From Prochlorococcus sp. AG-679-M23 (GTDB taxonomy: Bacteria > Cyanobacteriota > Cyanobacteriia > PCC-6307 > Cyanobiaceae), in assembly GCA_003208875.1 (NCBI GenBank), contig QCUR01000005.1:1-64000 (forward strand): a stretch of 64,000 nt of DNA, read 5' to 3'. Within the stretch, counting starts at the first letter, position 1; every line of letters starts with the position of its first letter. Of the stretch, positions 53,757 to 64,000 are shown piece by piece. Made by a program: the position numbers and the translations under genes. A model generated the notes under the pieces. That model ran no database searches. It worked only from the letters and a program-made list of their open reading frames with translations, and had not been told where the DNA came from.

Positions 53757-53805
53757 TTCTTATTTAAGATTCATTAATAGACTATTTATAAGTCTTGTAT
53801 GAGAC
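53757..53805 (+). repeat. 49-bp tripartite repeat unit B
   Basis: TTCTTATTTAAGAT-TCATTAATAGACTATTTATAA-GTCTTGTATGAGAC. Confidence 0.85.
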
Positions 53806-53876
53806 TAGTAATACTTTCTTTAAATTTTTTTCTACTCTCATACGTAGGGAGGGGGTGCAAAACTGTATTTTATTAA

Positions 53877-53890
53877 TTCTTATACAAGAA
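53877..53890. repeat. Solo copy of the 14-bp palindrome
   Basis: TTCTTATACAAGAA. Confidence 0.6.
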
Positions 53891-54005
53891 AGTTAAAACT
53901 TCAATATTTTTATTTAATATTTGATATGCATTATTCACTTTTAAATACTCTGAAAAGCAAGAATCAATTTTTAAAGAATTATAAAATTAAGTTTTTATCT
54001 TTTAA

Positions 54006-54054
54006 ATCTTATATAAGACTTTTTATTAGACCTAGTTTAAGTCTCATATAAGAA
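54006..54054 (+). repeat. 49-bp tripartite repeat unit D
   Basis: ATCTTATATAAGAC-TTTTTATTAGACCTAGTTTAA-GTCTCATATAAGAA. Confidence 0.85.
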
Positions 54055-54062
54055 TAATAATA

Positions 54063-55076
54063 CTATCTTCTATACATGTTTTTAAGCAGTTGATATGCAT
54101 CATTTAATTTCCTCATCTCATCAGTAGATCCACCAGAATCTGGATGGGTTTCTAAAGCTTTAATTTTATATGCTTCTCGTATTTTATTTAATGTATGTGC
54201 TGACCCTGCGGCGGTAGATAACTTTAATAATTTTAGAGCTCCATGAACAGTCATTGTTGAATCAAGTGCTTCAAATGAATTTCCTTTATTTTTTCTTTTA
54301 AACCTACTTATAAATCTTCTTACTAATGTTGGGACCCTATTTATTAAATCAGATGTTGCAAATGGATCTTCTAATACACCTATCATTAAAATAACTAACT
54401 CTAAGGAGGGAGTTTGTTTTATCCAAAAAGGGCATAAATCCGACATTAATTTATTTGCGGCACTCCAAGTGAATGGCAACTGCTCAGTTCCATCAATATT
54501 TGGCCAAATATCTATACAAAACCAATCAATAGATGCTTCTATTACTTGTTCATTTGGAATTGATCCATATAGGTTTTTCCAATGGCTTATAATTTCAATT
54601 CGACATTTAATTAAATCATTTTCCTTAATAGTATTAATTTGAATATCATTAATTTTTTGTTTTGTCTTTTCAATGTTTATACTTCTTCTCAGATTTTTAA
54701 CTTTATTTCCAACAAAATTAGGTAGGTTGATGTTTAAGTTTGGTTTTTCAATAACCTCTTTATTATTTAAAAGAAGTTTTTCTTCGGATTCTGTACTAGT
54801 ACTCTCATCCTTATCAGATTTAATAAGGACTAAAGCACTCTTCTCATCAAAGTTAGAGTATTCATTAATATTACTCTTTTCGCTGTAATCAATTGTCTGT
54901 TGTTGACTTTTAGGTAATAATTCTTCTTCTTGAAGAATTTCGGTAAGCAACTTTTCTATTACAGGTCCTCTTGCTCTAAAACCCCATTCTTTTCGTAATT
55001 GATCAAACCTAGAAACTAACTCTTCTGGCAAATCAATTGAAATTCTTTTTGTATTTGAATTCTCAGAATTACTCAA
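54063..55076 (-). CDS. Ribbon-helix-helix plus C-terminal J-domain fusion protein
   Basis: N-terminal KRISIDLPEELVSRFDQLRKEWG.RARGPVIEKLL; C-terminal IREAYK..ALETHPDSGG..EMRKLNDAY. Confidence 0.85.
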   Translation of the reverse strand: MSNSENSNTKRISIDLPEELVSRFDQLRKEWGFRARGPVIEKLLTEILQEEELLPKSQQQTIDYSEKSNINEYSNFDEKSALVLIKSDKDESTSTESEEKLLLNNKEVIEKPNLNINLPNFVGNKVKNLRRSINIEKTKQKINDIQINTIKENDLIKCRIEIISHWKNLYGSIPNEQVIEASIDWFCIDIWPNIDGTEQLPFTWSAANKLMSDLCPFWIKQTPSLELVILMIGVLEDPFATSDLINRVPTLVRRFISRFKRKNKGNSFEALDSTMTVHGALKLLKLSTAAGSAHTLNKIREAYKIKALETHPDSGGSTDEMRKLNDAYQLLKNMYRR

Positions 55077-55221
55077 TTAATCATTTTTTTTTATAATAGA
55101 ACAAAAATATTAATTGTATTCATATTATGAAAGTCTAAATAAATATATTGTCTTTAAATCAAAATCTTGCTTTTTATAAGTCACGTCTCAACAAAATAAA
55201 TTTTTATAATAATGATAAAAA

Positions 55222-55398
55222 ATGTTTTACTGTAACTTTAAATCCTCAGAAGAAAAAAAGTCTTTTTATCAAAAAAAGAAATTAGAAATGCTTAATTACA
55301 TAAAGGATTCTCTTGAAAGAAAAATTGCATCAGTAAATGCTTCAATAGAGGTTCTAGAAAATCAAATATCCAGAGACAAAGTTGAAGTTAGTAGTTAA
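55222..55398 (+). CDS. 58-aa coiled-coil microprotein (MFYCNFKS...DSLERKIASVNASIEVLENQI)
   Basis: Manual translation; heptad pattern. Confidence 0.65.
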   Translation: MFYCNFKSSEEKKSFYQKKKLEMLNYIKDSLERKIASVNASIEVLENQISRDKVEVSS

Positions 55399-55400
55399 TT

Positions 55401-56231
55401 TTAAACAAAATTTTCAAGAAGTTTCTCTGGTCCATATTTCTTTAAATAATTAATATTAGATTTTTCTGTGACTAATAAATATCCTGCAAAACCCAGCCCA
55501 TTAACACTAAAGCCATGCACGTGATCATACTTTCTTTTAATTATGGCTATCCAATTATTTGTAATTAAAATGTTGTAAGGAAATCTTGGTTTTTCATCAT
55601 CAATTGGATTTCCTAAACCAATCTTTTTTGAAAGTTCTAAGTATAAATTATAAATATTTATTGAATTATCTAAAAAGTTAAATTTTGAGACAACAGTATT
55701 TTTCTTAAGCTTGCTATCTTGATCATTATTATTTTCTAAATCTAAAAACCACTTCTCTCTTGGACAAATTATTTCACCATGATCTCTTCTTAAAAGTTGA
55801 AAATGCCTATGCGGTTGACTTGCTCCTGCTATAGGAGAACTATTAAAAAACCATAGGCCATTTGTATCTTTATTTACCATTTGTATAGCTAACCAATCAT
55901 CAATATCTAACCATCCATCTTGAGGTCTCCAAGTATTTGTTATTAATAAAATATGACCTTTTTGTACAGGATATTTATTTAGTATTAATTGATGATTAGT
56001 TCCAATTTTATCAACTTCAAGTATCTTATCCCACGGGTTAAATGGATTCTGATTTGGACCATAACTATTTTTTTTCTTAAATCTTGAAGTATCAAGTTCT
56101 CTAATTATAAAATCATTTTTATTGTAATATTCCCTAGTTACAACAGTCGTTTTTAAAGGAAATAAGCCATTATTGGTAATAGATAAATGAGTTTGATCTA
56201 ATGCTTTAACCCAATATTTTTCGCTTCTCAT
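55401..56231 (-). CDS. ATP adenylyltransferase / Ap4A phosphorylase II family
   Basis: NPF.P, LNKYPV, FFNS.P.AGASQPHRHFQ, SVNGLGFAG. Confidence 0.92.
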   Translation of the reverse strand: MRSEKYWVKALDQTHLSITNNGLFPLKTTVVTREYYNKNDFIIRELDTSRFKKKNSYGPNQNPFNPWDKILEVDKIGTNHQLILNKYPVQKGHILLITNTWRPQDGWLDIDDWLAIQMVNKDTNGLWFFNSSPIAGASQPHRHFQLLRRDHGEIICPREKWFLDLENNNDQDSKLKKNTVVSKFNFLDNSINIYNLYLELSKKIGLGNPIDDEKPRFPYNILITNNWIAIIKRKYDHVHGFSVNGLGFAGYLLVTEKSNINYLKKYGPEKLLENFV

Positions 56232-56288
56232 TTATAAAAGTAGAAATAAATTCTCATAATCATTTTAAAAAAGATAATTAATTTGGAA

Positions 56289-56681
56289 TTACTTTTTATT
56301 AAATTGATATTCTTTTAATTTTTCTAACGATACAGATTCTAAAACTTTAATGTTTGTTGCTTCTAAAATCACCATAGGTGCTAAGCCATCAAGCAATGCC
56401 TGTCTCCACCTATCTAAACAAATACACCAATGATCTCCATCCTTCAAGCCTGGGAATGAATACATTGGCATAGGTGTTATTAAATCATTACCTTGAGACT
56501 TACTATATTTAAGGAAATTATCATCCATTATGCAGCAAATTGAATGATTTCCTCCATCATTTGAATCGTATTTGCAATATCCATCTCGAAACCATCCTGT
56601 AAGAGGTTTGCAGCTGCATACCTCGAGCTTTTTTCCTAAAACATTTAAATGTTCATTATTTTTTTGACTTTCTTTATTCAT
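56289..56681 (-). CDS. DUF2237 family protein
   Basis: NVLG..L..CS..PLTGWFRDG.C, FPGLKDGDHWCIC. Confidence 0.92.
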   Translation of the reverse strand: MNKESQKNNEHLNVLGKKLEVCSCKPLTGWFRDGYCKYDSNDGGNHSICCIMDDNFLKYSKSQGNDLITPMPMYSFPGLKDGDHWCICLDRWRQALLDGLAPMVILEATNIKVLESVSLEKLKEYQFNKK

Positions 56682-56789
56682 TTTTAGATAATTTATTTTA
56701 ATAATAATAAATACTCATACATTTCTTAAAAAAGGGTTGACGAATATGGGGGGTAAAGAGGTAATAATTTTAATAAGGTTTTTTTCAAT

Positions 56790-57011
56790 ATGGATTGGGA
56801 CTTCACTGAAAACATAGCATTTAAATCTCTAATTGAAGCTTTTAAAGAATGTGATGAAACATCAGCTACTGAATTCTTGGCGAGTGATGGAGCATCATAT
56901 TATTTAGAGTTAATTCAAGACGCTGCAGGTGATGGCATCGATATAAGTGATTCTGAAATTATGGAAGAACTTCAAGAAGATATTATAGATTATCTTGAAA
57001 ATAATCTATAA
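56790..57011 (+). CDS. Highly acidic hypothetical protein
   Basis: 73-aa ORF, D/E rich. Confidence 0.7.
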   Translation: MDWDFTENIAFKSLIEAFKECDETSATEFLASDGASYYLELIQDAAGDGIDISDSEIMEELQEDIIDYLENNL

Positions 57012-57023
57012 TCTAAAATTTAT

Positions 57024-60000
57024 TTAGGCACTAAAATATTTTGCTTTTGAATGAAGTGAAATTATAGCAGTAGTACTTTGTTCAGGATGTAATTGCTCTG
57101 ATTCATCCATTGTTAAATTAATCCTTTTTGTATCCAATAATGATAACTGTATATTTGAATCAGAAACTTTAGGACAAGCTGGATAACCAAATGAGTATCT
57201 AGCTCCTCTATATTTTTGAGCTAATATTTCACGGTTATTGTTTGGCTCATATGATTTAAATCCGCATTCAATTCTTACTATTGAATGAACATATTCTGCA
57301 AGAGCCTCTGCTAATTGAACGGTTAAACCATGAAATATTAAATAATCACTATATTTATCAGCTTTAAATAATTCTTGGGAATATTCGCTAGCTATTTCCC
57401 CCATTGTTACTGCTTGCATTGGAAATATATCTACTGGTTCATTATTTTTAAGATCACAGTAAAAATCAGCAATACAAAGATTATTTCCTGATTTTTGTCT
57501 AGGAAAATTAAATTCAGAAATTCTTTTATTTGATACATTATCAAAGAGATAAATACTATTATCATTCCTCCCGCAACGGAAGTAGCCATAGACTGCTTTT
57601 GGTGAAATTAGGCCTTTATCTAAAATAATATTGATCCATTTTTCAAGCAATGGATTTGCATATGAATCTAAATGATTATTGTATTCTTCTACTGATTGAC
57701 CTTTGTTTTTTTTAATTTGCCATTGACCACTAAATAATGCTTTTTTATCCAGATGAAAAATTAGTTTATCAAAGTCTATTTCAATATCTTGAAGAACTCT
57801 AGTTCCCAAAAATGGAGCCTTTATAGGTTCCTCTTCCTCTACAAAATTAGATCTATTAAAATTCTCAATTAATTGAATATTTTTGGTTTTTTCAAAATTA
57901 TTATTTAAATTTTTATCTTTAGCGGATGACCTTGGGGAAGCTAATTTAATTTGAATATCATCAGTATTAGTAAAACCATTTTCATTAGACCATTTACCCT
58001 TCTTTTTACTATCCATATATTCATTCATAAATTGTAAATCTGTAAAAGCATCTTTCCCATACAAAATTTTACCTTTATATATCTGACTACAATCTTCGTT
58101 CACAAATTTTGGAGTTAATGCTGCACCTCCAAGAATAACTGGAACATTAATTTCAGCATTGTTAAATGCTTCTAAATTATCCTTCATAAATGCTGTAGAT
58201 TTAACAAGTAAACCACTCATAGCAATACAGTCTGCTTTATGTTTTTTTTGTGCATCAATAATCGCTGAAACGTCTTGCTTAATTCCAAGGTTGATTACAT
58301 CAAAACCATTATTTGAGAGAATTATATCAACTAAATTTTTACCTATATCATGAACATCTCCTTTAACAGTTGCTATCAGTAATTTTCCGTTAGATATTTT
58401 TTCATCTACTGTTTCCATATGTGGTTCAAGCACTGAAACAGCAAATTTCATTGTTTCCGCTGATTGCAATACAAAAGGTAATTGCATTTGGCCGGATCCA
58501 AATAGTTCCCCAACTACTTTCATTCCATCTAATAAATAAGTATTAATTATTTCAAGTGGTTTATATTTTTTAAGCGCTTTATTTAATTGTTCTTCTAAAC
58601 CTATTTTTTCCCCATCTACAATATGGTTTTTAAGTTTTTCTTCTAAGGTGAGGTTTTTGTTTGAAGTAGATGCTTTTTTAAAGTCACTGATTGTTATATC
58701 TTGAAATGCTTTTGTTAGTTCAACTAATGGATCATATATACATATTTCATTTTCGAAATTCCTTCTGTCATAAATTAAATCTAAACATAATTTTTTTGTT
58801 TCCGCAGATATTTTTGAAAGAGGCAATATTTTATTTGGTGCAATAATCGCTGAATCTAATCCTGCCTTTATACATTCATCGAGAAATATTGAATTTAGAT
58901 TGATTCTTGATAATGGTGAAAGCCCGAAACTAATATTAGATATCCCTAAAATAATATGAATATCTGGAAAGCTTTTTCTTATTTTTGATATAGCTTCAAT
59001 AGTTGCTTTAGCATTTAATCTATCTTCTTCAATTCCAGTAGATATTGGCAATGCCAGAGGATCAAAAAATATCTCATAATCAGCGAGGTTACTTGATCTA
59101 GTTTTAATTAATGCTCTTTTTGCAATATCATATTTTTTCTGTGATGTTCTTGCCATTCCATCTTCATCAATAGTTCCAATTACTATTCCAGCACCATAAT
59201 CTAATGCAAGTTTTAAGACCTGATTAAATCTGTTATCTCCATCTTCGTAGTTGGTTGAATTTATAATGCATTTTCCTCCTACAGTCTTTAATCCACTTTC
59301 CATTTTATCTGCTTCTGTTGAATCTATCATTAATGGAAGGTTTATATTTGTAACTAATCTTGAGGTAATTTCTTTCATATCTTTAACTCCATCCCTGCCT
59401 ACATAATCAACATTGACATCTAGTATGTGAGCATTTTCTTTTTGCTGTTGCTTAGCAATTGATACCAAGCCGTCCCAATCATCTTCATTTAGTAATTCCC
59501 TTACTTTTTTTGATCCACTAGCATTTAAACGCTCTCCAACTATTAATATTGAGTTATCTTGTTTATATGGAACTGCGTTATATATAGAAGCTGCTGAAGG
59601 AACAAAATTTGTTTTTACAGTAGGAAGTTTTTTATTTATTTTTTTATCAACTATTTCCTCAATGATTGAGGATAAATGCTTGATATGTTCAGGAGTGGTA
59701 CCACAACATCCTCCAATAAGTTGTACGTTAAAATCATAAATAAAGTTCATTAACTGCATTTTCAACTCCAATGGAGTTAATTTATAGTGAGCAACACCTC
59801 CTATATTTTCAGGTAATCCTGCATTAGGTATACAACTAATTGCAAACGGTGAATTTTCAGCTAAATACTTAATATGTTCTTTCATTTGAACTGGGCCAGT
59901 TGCACAATTCAGTCCCAGAATATCAATATTGTATGGCTCTAATATTGTTAATGCAGAGGCTATATCTGACCCGACAAGCATCGTTCCTGTGGTTTCCATA

Positions 60001-60584
60001 GTTATGGATATCATTATTGGTAATTCAATATTCCTGTTTTTAATAACTTCTTGAGAAGCAGATAATGCTGATTTTATTTGTAAAACATCTTGGCATGTTT
60101 CAATCAATAGAAGGTCAATACCTCCGTCAATTAGACCATTTATTTGTTCTTCATATGAATCTTTAAGCTTATCAAAATCAATATGACCTAATGTTGGTAA
60201 TTTTGTAGTTGGCCCAATTGATCCAGCGACAAATCTAGGAATATTAATAGATGAAAATAAATTTGCACATTTTTTAGCTATCTGAGCTGCTTTTTTATTG
60301 ATTTCATAAGCTTTATTAGAAATGCTATATTCGTCTAAAACAATAGATGAAGCACCAAATGTATTGGTTTCAATTACATGACAACCTGCTTCAAGAAATG
60401 AATTATGTACTTGTTCAACAGTATTAGGAGAGGATAAGACTAAGTTTTCATTACAACCCTCTAATTCATCTCCACCAAAATCATGTGATGATAAATTTAA
60501 ATTTTGAAAAGAAGTACCTGTCCCACCATCGAAAATAATAATTGGTTTATCATCTCTATTTAAATAATTTCTAAATGAAACCAT
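57024..60584 (-). CDS. metH: B12-dependent methionine synthase
   Basis: [34 protein letters not shown]. Confidence 0.98.
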   Translation of the reverse strand: MVSFRNYLNRDDKPIIIFDGGTGTSFQNLNLSSHDFGGDELEGCNENLVLSSPNTVEQVHNSFLEAGCHVIETNTFGASSIVLDEYSISNKAYEINKKAAQIAKKCANLFSSINIPRFVAGSIGPTTKLPTLGHIDFDKLKDSYEEQINGLIDGGIDLLLIETCQDVLQIKSALSASQEVIKNRNIELPIMISITMETTGTMLVGSDIASALTILEPYNIDILGLNCATGPVQMKEHIKYLAENSPFAISCIPNAGLPENIGGVAHYKLTPLELKMQLMNFIYDFNVQLIGGCCGTTPEHIKHLSSIIEEIVDKKINKKLPTVKTNFVPSAASIYNAVPYKQDNSILIVGERLNASGSKKVRELLNEDDWDGLVSIAKQQQKENAHILDVNVDYVGRDGVKDMKEITSRLVTNINLPLMIDSTEADKMESGLKTVGGKCIINSTNYEDGDNRFNQVLKLALDYGAGIVIGTIDEDGMARTSQKKYDIAKRALIKTRSSNLADYEIFFDPLALPISTGIEEDRLNAKATIEAISKIRKSFPDIHIILGISNISFGLSPLSRINLNSIFLDECIKAGLDSAIIAPNKILPLSKISAETKKLCLDLIYDRRNFENEICIYDPLVELTKAFQDITISDFKKASTSNKNLTLEEKLKNHIVDGEKIGLEEQLNKALKKYKPLEIINTYLLDGMKVVGELFGSGQMQLPFVLQSAETMKFAVSVLEPHMETVDEKISNGKLLIATVKGDVHDIGKNLVDIILSNNGFDVINLGIKQDVSAIIDAQKKHKADCIAMSGLLVKSTAFMKDNLEAFNNAEINVPVILGGAALTPKFVNEDCSQIYKGKILYGKDAFTDLQFMNEYMDSKKKGKWSNENGFTNTDDIQIKLASPRSSAKDKNLNNNFEKTKNIQLIENFNRSNFVEEEEPIKAPFLGTRVLQDIEIDFDKLIFHLDKKALFSGQWQIKKNKGQSVEEYNNHLDSYANPLLEKWINIILDKGLISPKAVYGYFRCGRNDNSIYLFDNVSNKRISEFNFPRQKSGNNLCIADFYCDLKNNEPVDIFPMQAVTMGEIASEYSQELFKADKYSDYLIFHGLTVQLAEALAEYVHSIVRIECGFKSYEPNNNREILAQKYRGARYSFGYPACPKVSDSNIQLSLLDTKRINLTMDESEQLHPEQSTTAIISLHSKAKYFSA

Positions 60585-60606
60585 AATTTAAAAGGAAAAA
60601 TTAAAA

Positions 60607-61521
60607 TTAACTAATATTGATGCGGGTTATCCAATCATCATAGTCTTGTGAACGGCCTTCCGTTATTTCGATAAGCTTATTTTTCAATTTATTCATTATG
60701 GGACGATCATTATTAATATTTGTTGATTCGATTTGCTTTACAGGTGTAATTTTAGCTGCTGTACCAGTTAGAAATACTTCATCAGCAATAAGTAATTCAG
60801 TTTTATCAACAGGTCTCTCAATAACATTTATACCAAACGATTTCGCTAATTCAATAACACTAGCTCTAGTAATTCCTTCTAGGATGTCTTGATCAACTCC
60901 TGGGGTAATCAGTTCACCATTTCTTACTATAAATAAGTTCATTCCACTAGCTTCACTTACCTTACCACTAGAATTTAACAGTAATGCTTCGTCAAATCCT
61001 GATAAACTAGCCTCTGTTTTGGCTAAAGAACTTGTAATGTAAGCCCCGCTTACCTTACCTCTTAAAGGTAGAGATCTATCCTCTTGTCTTGTCCAACTAC
61101 TCATCCTACAAGACACACCATCGGGAGATAAATAGTCTCCAAGTTCAATACAATAAATGAAGAAATCAGTTTCTATATTATGTAATCTTGGAGCAATCCC
61201 TAAATCACTTGTATAAACAAAAGGCCTTATATAGATCGGTTTTGTAGGTTTATTTTTTTTTAATATTGTTTTTAGTGCATTAAATATATAATCTTCAGAT
61301 ATTTCTGTTAAAAGCAACCTTGCACTTTGAGATAACCTTTTTATGTGTTTGTCTGTTCTAAATAACAGAAATTCATCCTTATTAGATGGATTTGGAATAG
61401 CTCTCATTCCTCCAAAGGCTGCTGTTCCATAATGAAGTGCATGAGTTGCTATTGACACTTTTGCATCTTTAAAGGGTATACACTTACCTTCAAACCAGGC
61501 ATATGGAAGAAATTCTTGCAT
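60607..61521 (-). CDS. ilvE: Branched-chain amino acid aminotransferase
   Basis: HALHYG, EASGMNLF, LEGITR, GTAA. Confidence 0.96.
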   Translation of the reverse strand: MQEFLPYAWFEGKCIPFKDAKVSIATHALHYGTAAFGGMRAIPNPSNKDEFLLFRTDKHIKRLSQSARLLLTEISEDYIFNALKTILKKNKPTKPIYIRPFVYTSDLGIAPRLHNIETDFFIYCIELGDYLSPDGVSCRMSSWTRQEDRSLPLRGKVSGAYITSSLAKTEASLSGFDEALLLNSSGKVSEASGMNLFIVRNGELITPGVDQDILEGITRASVIELAKSFGINVIERPVDKTELLIADEVFLTGTAAKITPVKQIESTNINNDRPIMNKLKNKLIEITEGRSQDYDDWITRINIS

Positions 61522-61592
61522 ATTTTATTTAAGAAATGAGTTAAAATTGTTCTAACTTACTTAAGTATTCTAAACCTAATTGTTATATTTAA

Positions 61593-64000
61593 ATGCATAG
61601 GATATTAAATATTGCTGGAAATGAAAATAATAACGTTGATTTAATAGAACATCCTAAAGCTGATTTTATATTTATCACAAGTGTAAAATCTGATATTAAT
61701 ATAATTTCTGATTTAATTGAAGATAAAGAATTTCTTTTATTACAAGATAATTTTAGAGCATTAGAAATTTCAAACCTAAATACATTTGCACAAATAGATA
61801 ATTATTTTTTAAAAACAATAAATTATGCCAAAATAGTTGTTTTAAGATTGTTTGGAGATAAAGGAACATGGAGTTATGGGCTTGAACAATTAATAAAATG
61901 GCAAGAAGCAAATATTAATAAAACTCTTTTAATTCTCTCTGGTACGGATGAAGAAGATTTATCACTAAATGAATTAAGTAGTGTTGATTTAGATACTTCA
62001 TTAAAAATTAGTAAACTTCTTAAATCAGGTGGTAAGGAAAATTATCGGAGATTTCTTCATTGTTTAACTTATCTATCATCTAATGAAACTAATATTCCAC
62101 AAAAGTATATCTCTAACGTCAGCTATCCAGATCCTTATCAATATGATTGGAAAAATGAAAAAGGATTAAAGGTTGGAATAATTTCTTATAAATCATTGTT
62201 TTTAGCAAACGAAATTGAATTATCAAATGAATTAATATCTCAATTAAGGTGTAATGGTTTGTCACCTAAAACAGTATTTATTTCAACTTTAAAAAATTAC
62301 GATGTTCAGAGGGAATTGATTAATCTTTTTAAAAAAGAAGATATAAAATTAATAATCACCACTACCTCTTTTTCTTCCTCAATTAATAGTTGTAATGAAA
62401 ATATAGATAATAATTTAAATATCTTTAAGTCTTTAAATCTTCCAATTCTTCAAATACTCTCTTCTAATAAATCCAGAAAGAATTGGTTGCTGTCATCAAC
62501 TGGAATGAATTCAACAGATTTATTAATGCAAATAATTATTCCAGAATTTGATGGTCGAATTACAACAAAACCTTGTGCTTTTAAAGAGGTTATTTCTGAA
62601 AATAAAACCTTAGGTAGCAAAATTACAAGTTACAAAGTTGATTTTGGAAATATTAAATGGATAACAAAACTTATAAGTAATTATGTAAGACTAAATAATT
62701 TAAATAATTTTGATAAAAAGATATCATTAGTAATTGCAAATTATCCTGTAAAAAATGGAAGAATTGGAAATGGAGTCGGTTTAAATACTCCGCAGTCTGT
62801 CCTTAATATTCTTTATTGGTTAAAAGATGAAGGTTATGATCTTGGTTCTGGAGAATTACCTAAAAATTCATCAGAACTAATTTCGTTACTTATAAAAACT
62901 AGAACAAATGATATTGAATCTCAAAATAATAAACCTCTTGATTTTTTATCATTAAATGAATACTTAGAATTTTGGAACCAACTATCCCTTAAACCTAAAA
63001 ATCTTATCGTTGATAGATGGGGTATTCCATCTAAGTCTCAAGATTTAGAAAACCAAGGTTTTTCGATTAATGGACTTTTATTTGGAAAAATATGTTTACT
63101 AATTCAACCTCAAAGAGGCTACGACATTGAATCTAATAAAGATATACATTCTCCAGATCTACCACCACCCCATAGATATCTAGCCCAATATTATTGGATT
63201 GAAAGTAAATTTGATTCGAATGCTATTTGTCATATAGGAAAACATGGCACTATTGAATGGTTACCAGGAAAATCTATAGGACTTAGTGATGAATGTTTCC
63301 CGAGTATTATTTGTCCAGCAATTCCAAATATATATCCATTTATTGTTAATGACCCAGGAGAAGGATCTCAAGCAAAAAGGCGAACTCATGCAACAATAAT
63401 TGATCATTTAACACCTCCTTTAGATAGATCTGATTTGTATGGAAAACTCTCGATTTTAGAACAATGTTTAGACGAATACTATGAGGCTAAGTTATTAAAT
63501 TCTAAGCGAATAAACATTATTGAAAAATCTATATTAGAAATTATTAAAAACGATTTTAAAGACATTATATTATTTGACGAATCAAAAAAAATTGAAAAAA
63601 TTGACTCATATCTTTGTGAACTAAAAGAATCACAAATAAGAACTGGTCTTCACATTTTTGGAAGTAGACAAAAATTTATAAATGAAATTAATTTAATCAT
63701 AAGTATTGCAAGAGTTCCAACATCAAAACGTAGTGGGATAATCCAATACATTGCTTCAAATCTTAATCTAGATTTAGATCCATGGACTAATAACTATGAT
63801 CAAGTTCTTAGTGATAACGATAAAGAAATTATTAGTAATTATTCAACAGATAATATCAATAACTTTAGAAGAGCATTAGAATTTATAGAAAATCAAGCAA
63901 AATATTTAATTTATCATTATTTTTACAAAGACCAAATAACTCTAAATGAATTAAAAATATTAGAAAATAAAAATATATTATCATTATTTAATGTAGATAA
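61593..64000 (+). CDS. cobN: Cobaltochelatase subunit CobN, 5' part (runs off the window)
   Basis: Manual translation MHRILNIAG..., PEFDGRI, RIGNGVGL, HIGKHGTIEWLPGK, NDPGEGSQAKRR. Confidence 0.95.
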   Translation, partial: MHRILNIAGNENNNVDLIEHPKADFIFITSVKSDINIISDLIEDKEFLLLQDNFRALEISNLNTFAQIDNYFLKTINYAKIVVLRLFGDKGTWSYGLEQLIKWQEANINKTLLILSGTDEEDLSLNELSSVDLDTSLKISKLLKSGGKENYRRFLHCLTYLSSNETNIPQKYISNVSYPDPYQYDWKNEKGLKVGIISYKSLFLANEIELSNELISQLRCNGLSPKTVFISTLKNYDVQRELINLFKKEDIKLIITTTSFSSSINSCNENIDNNLNIFKSLNLPILQILSSNKSRKNWLLSSTGMNSTDLLMQIIIPEFDGRITTKPCAFKEVISENKTLGSKITSYKVDFGNIKWITKLISNYVRLNNLNNFDKKISLVIANYPVKNGRIGNGVGLNTPQSVLNILYWLKDEGYDLGSGELPKNSSELISLLIKTRTNDIESQNNKPLDFLSLNEYLEFWNQLSLKPKNLIVDRWGIPSKSQDLENQGFSINGLLFGKICLLIQPQRGYDIESNKDIHSPDLPPPHRYLAQYYWIESKFDSNAICHIGKHGTIEWLPGKSIGLSDECFPSIICPAIPNIYPFIVNDPGEGSQAKRRTHATIIDHLTPPLDRSDLYGKLSILEQCLDEYYEAKLLNSKRINIIEKSILEIIKNDFKDIILFDESKKIEKIDSYLCELKESQIRTGLHIFGSRQKFINEINLIISIARVPTSKRSGIIQYIASNLNLDLDPWTNNYDQVLSDNDKEIISNYSTDNINNFRRALEFIENQAKYLIYHYFYKDQITLNELKILENKNILSLFNVD

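Noticed and set aside
53291..54054. Repeat cluster as a CRISPR array or IS ends
   Set aside because: Repeats are degenerate and irregularly spaced between units, spacers are related to each other, and no cas or transposase genes are present
1243..60892. Many short antisense ORFs in the track (e.g. 1243, 4009, 4495, 7679, 11633, 35167, 50546, 58159)
   Set aside because: Contained opposite well-supported genes, with no protein motifs

Overview
AT-rich chromosomal window of a high-light-type Prochlorococcus (gene content and order MED4/MIT9515-like; inferred). Most of it is core genome: tRNA-fMet, asparaginase, rsfS, carB, tpiA, folP, chlH, dapB, mfd, fmt, tldD/E, acsF, ndhV, psb30, rpmF, ftsH, peroxiredoxin, trmL, cobU, metG, rpsR, rpmG, pheT, metH, ilvE and a partial cobN. 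A ~6 kb accessory tract (38.2-44.7 kb) around tRNA-Thr(CGT) and tRNA-Met holds about 17 microproteins, a glutamine-II (Downstream-peptide) riboswitch, a canonical NtcA promoter and a CP12-like gene. The most striking unexplained structure is at 53.29-54.05 kb: three copies (one inverted) of a 49-bp tripartite site, built from two 14-bp palindromes exactly 35 bp apart with a central AGAC box. The array abuts a gene for a ribbon-helix-helix (RHH) plus J-domain fusion protein, making this a candidate undescribed DNA-site/binding-protein system. Other notable items are an FtsH lacking its HEXXH motif, a catalytically degenerate RNase R-like gene alongside a minimal intact RNB gene, and a small pseudogene after carB.
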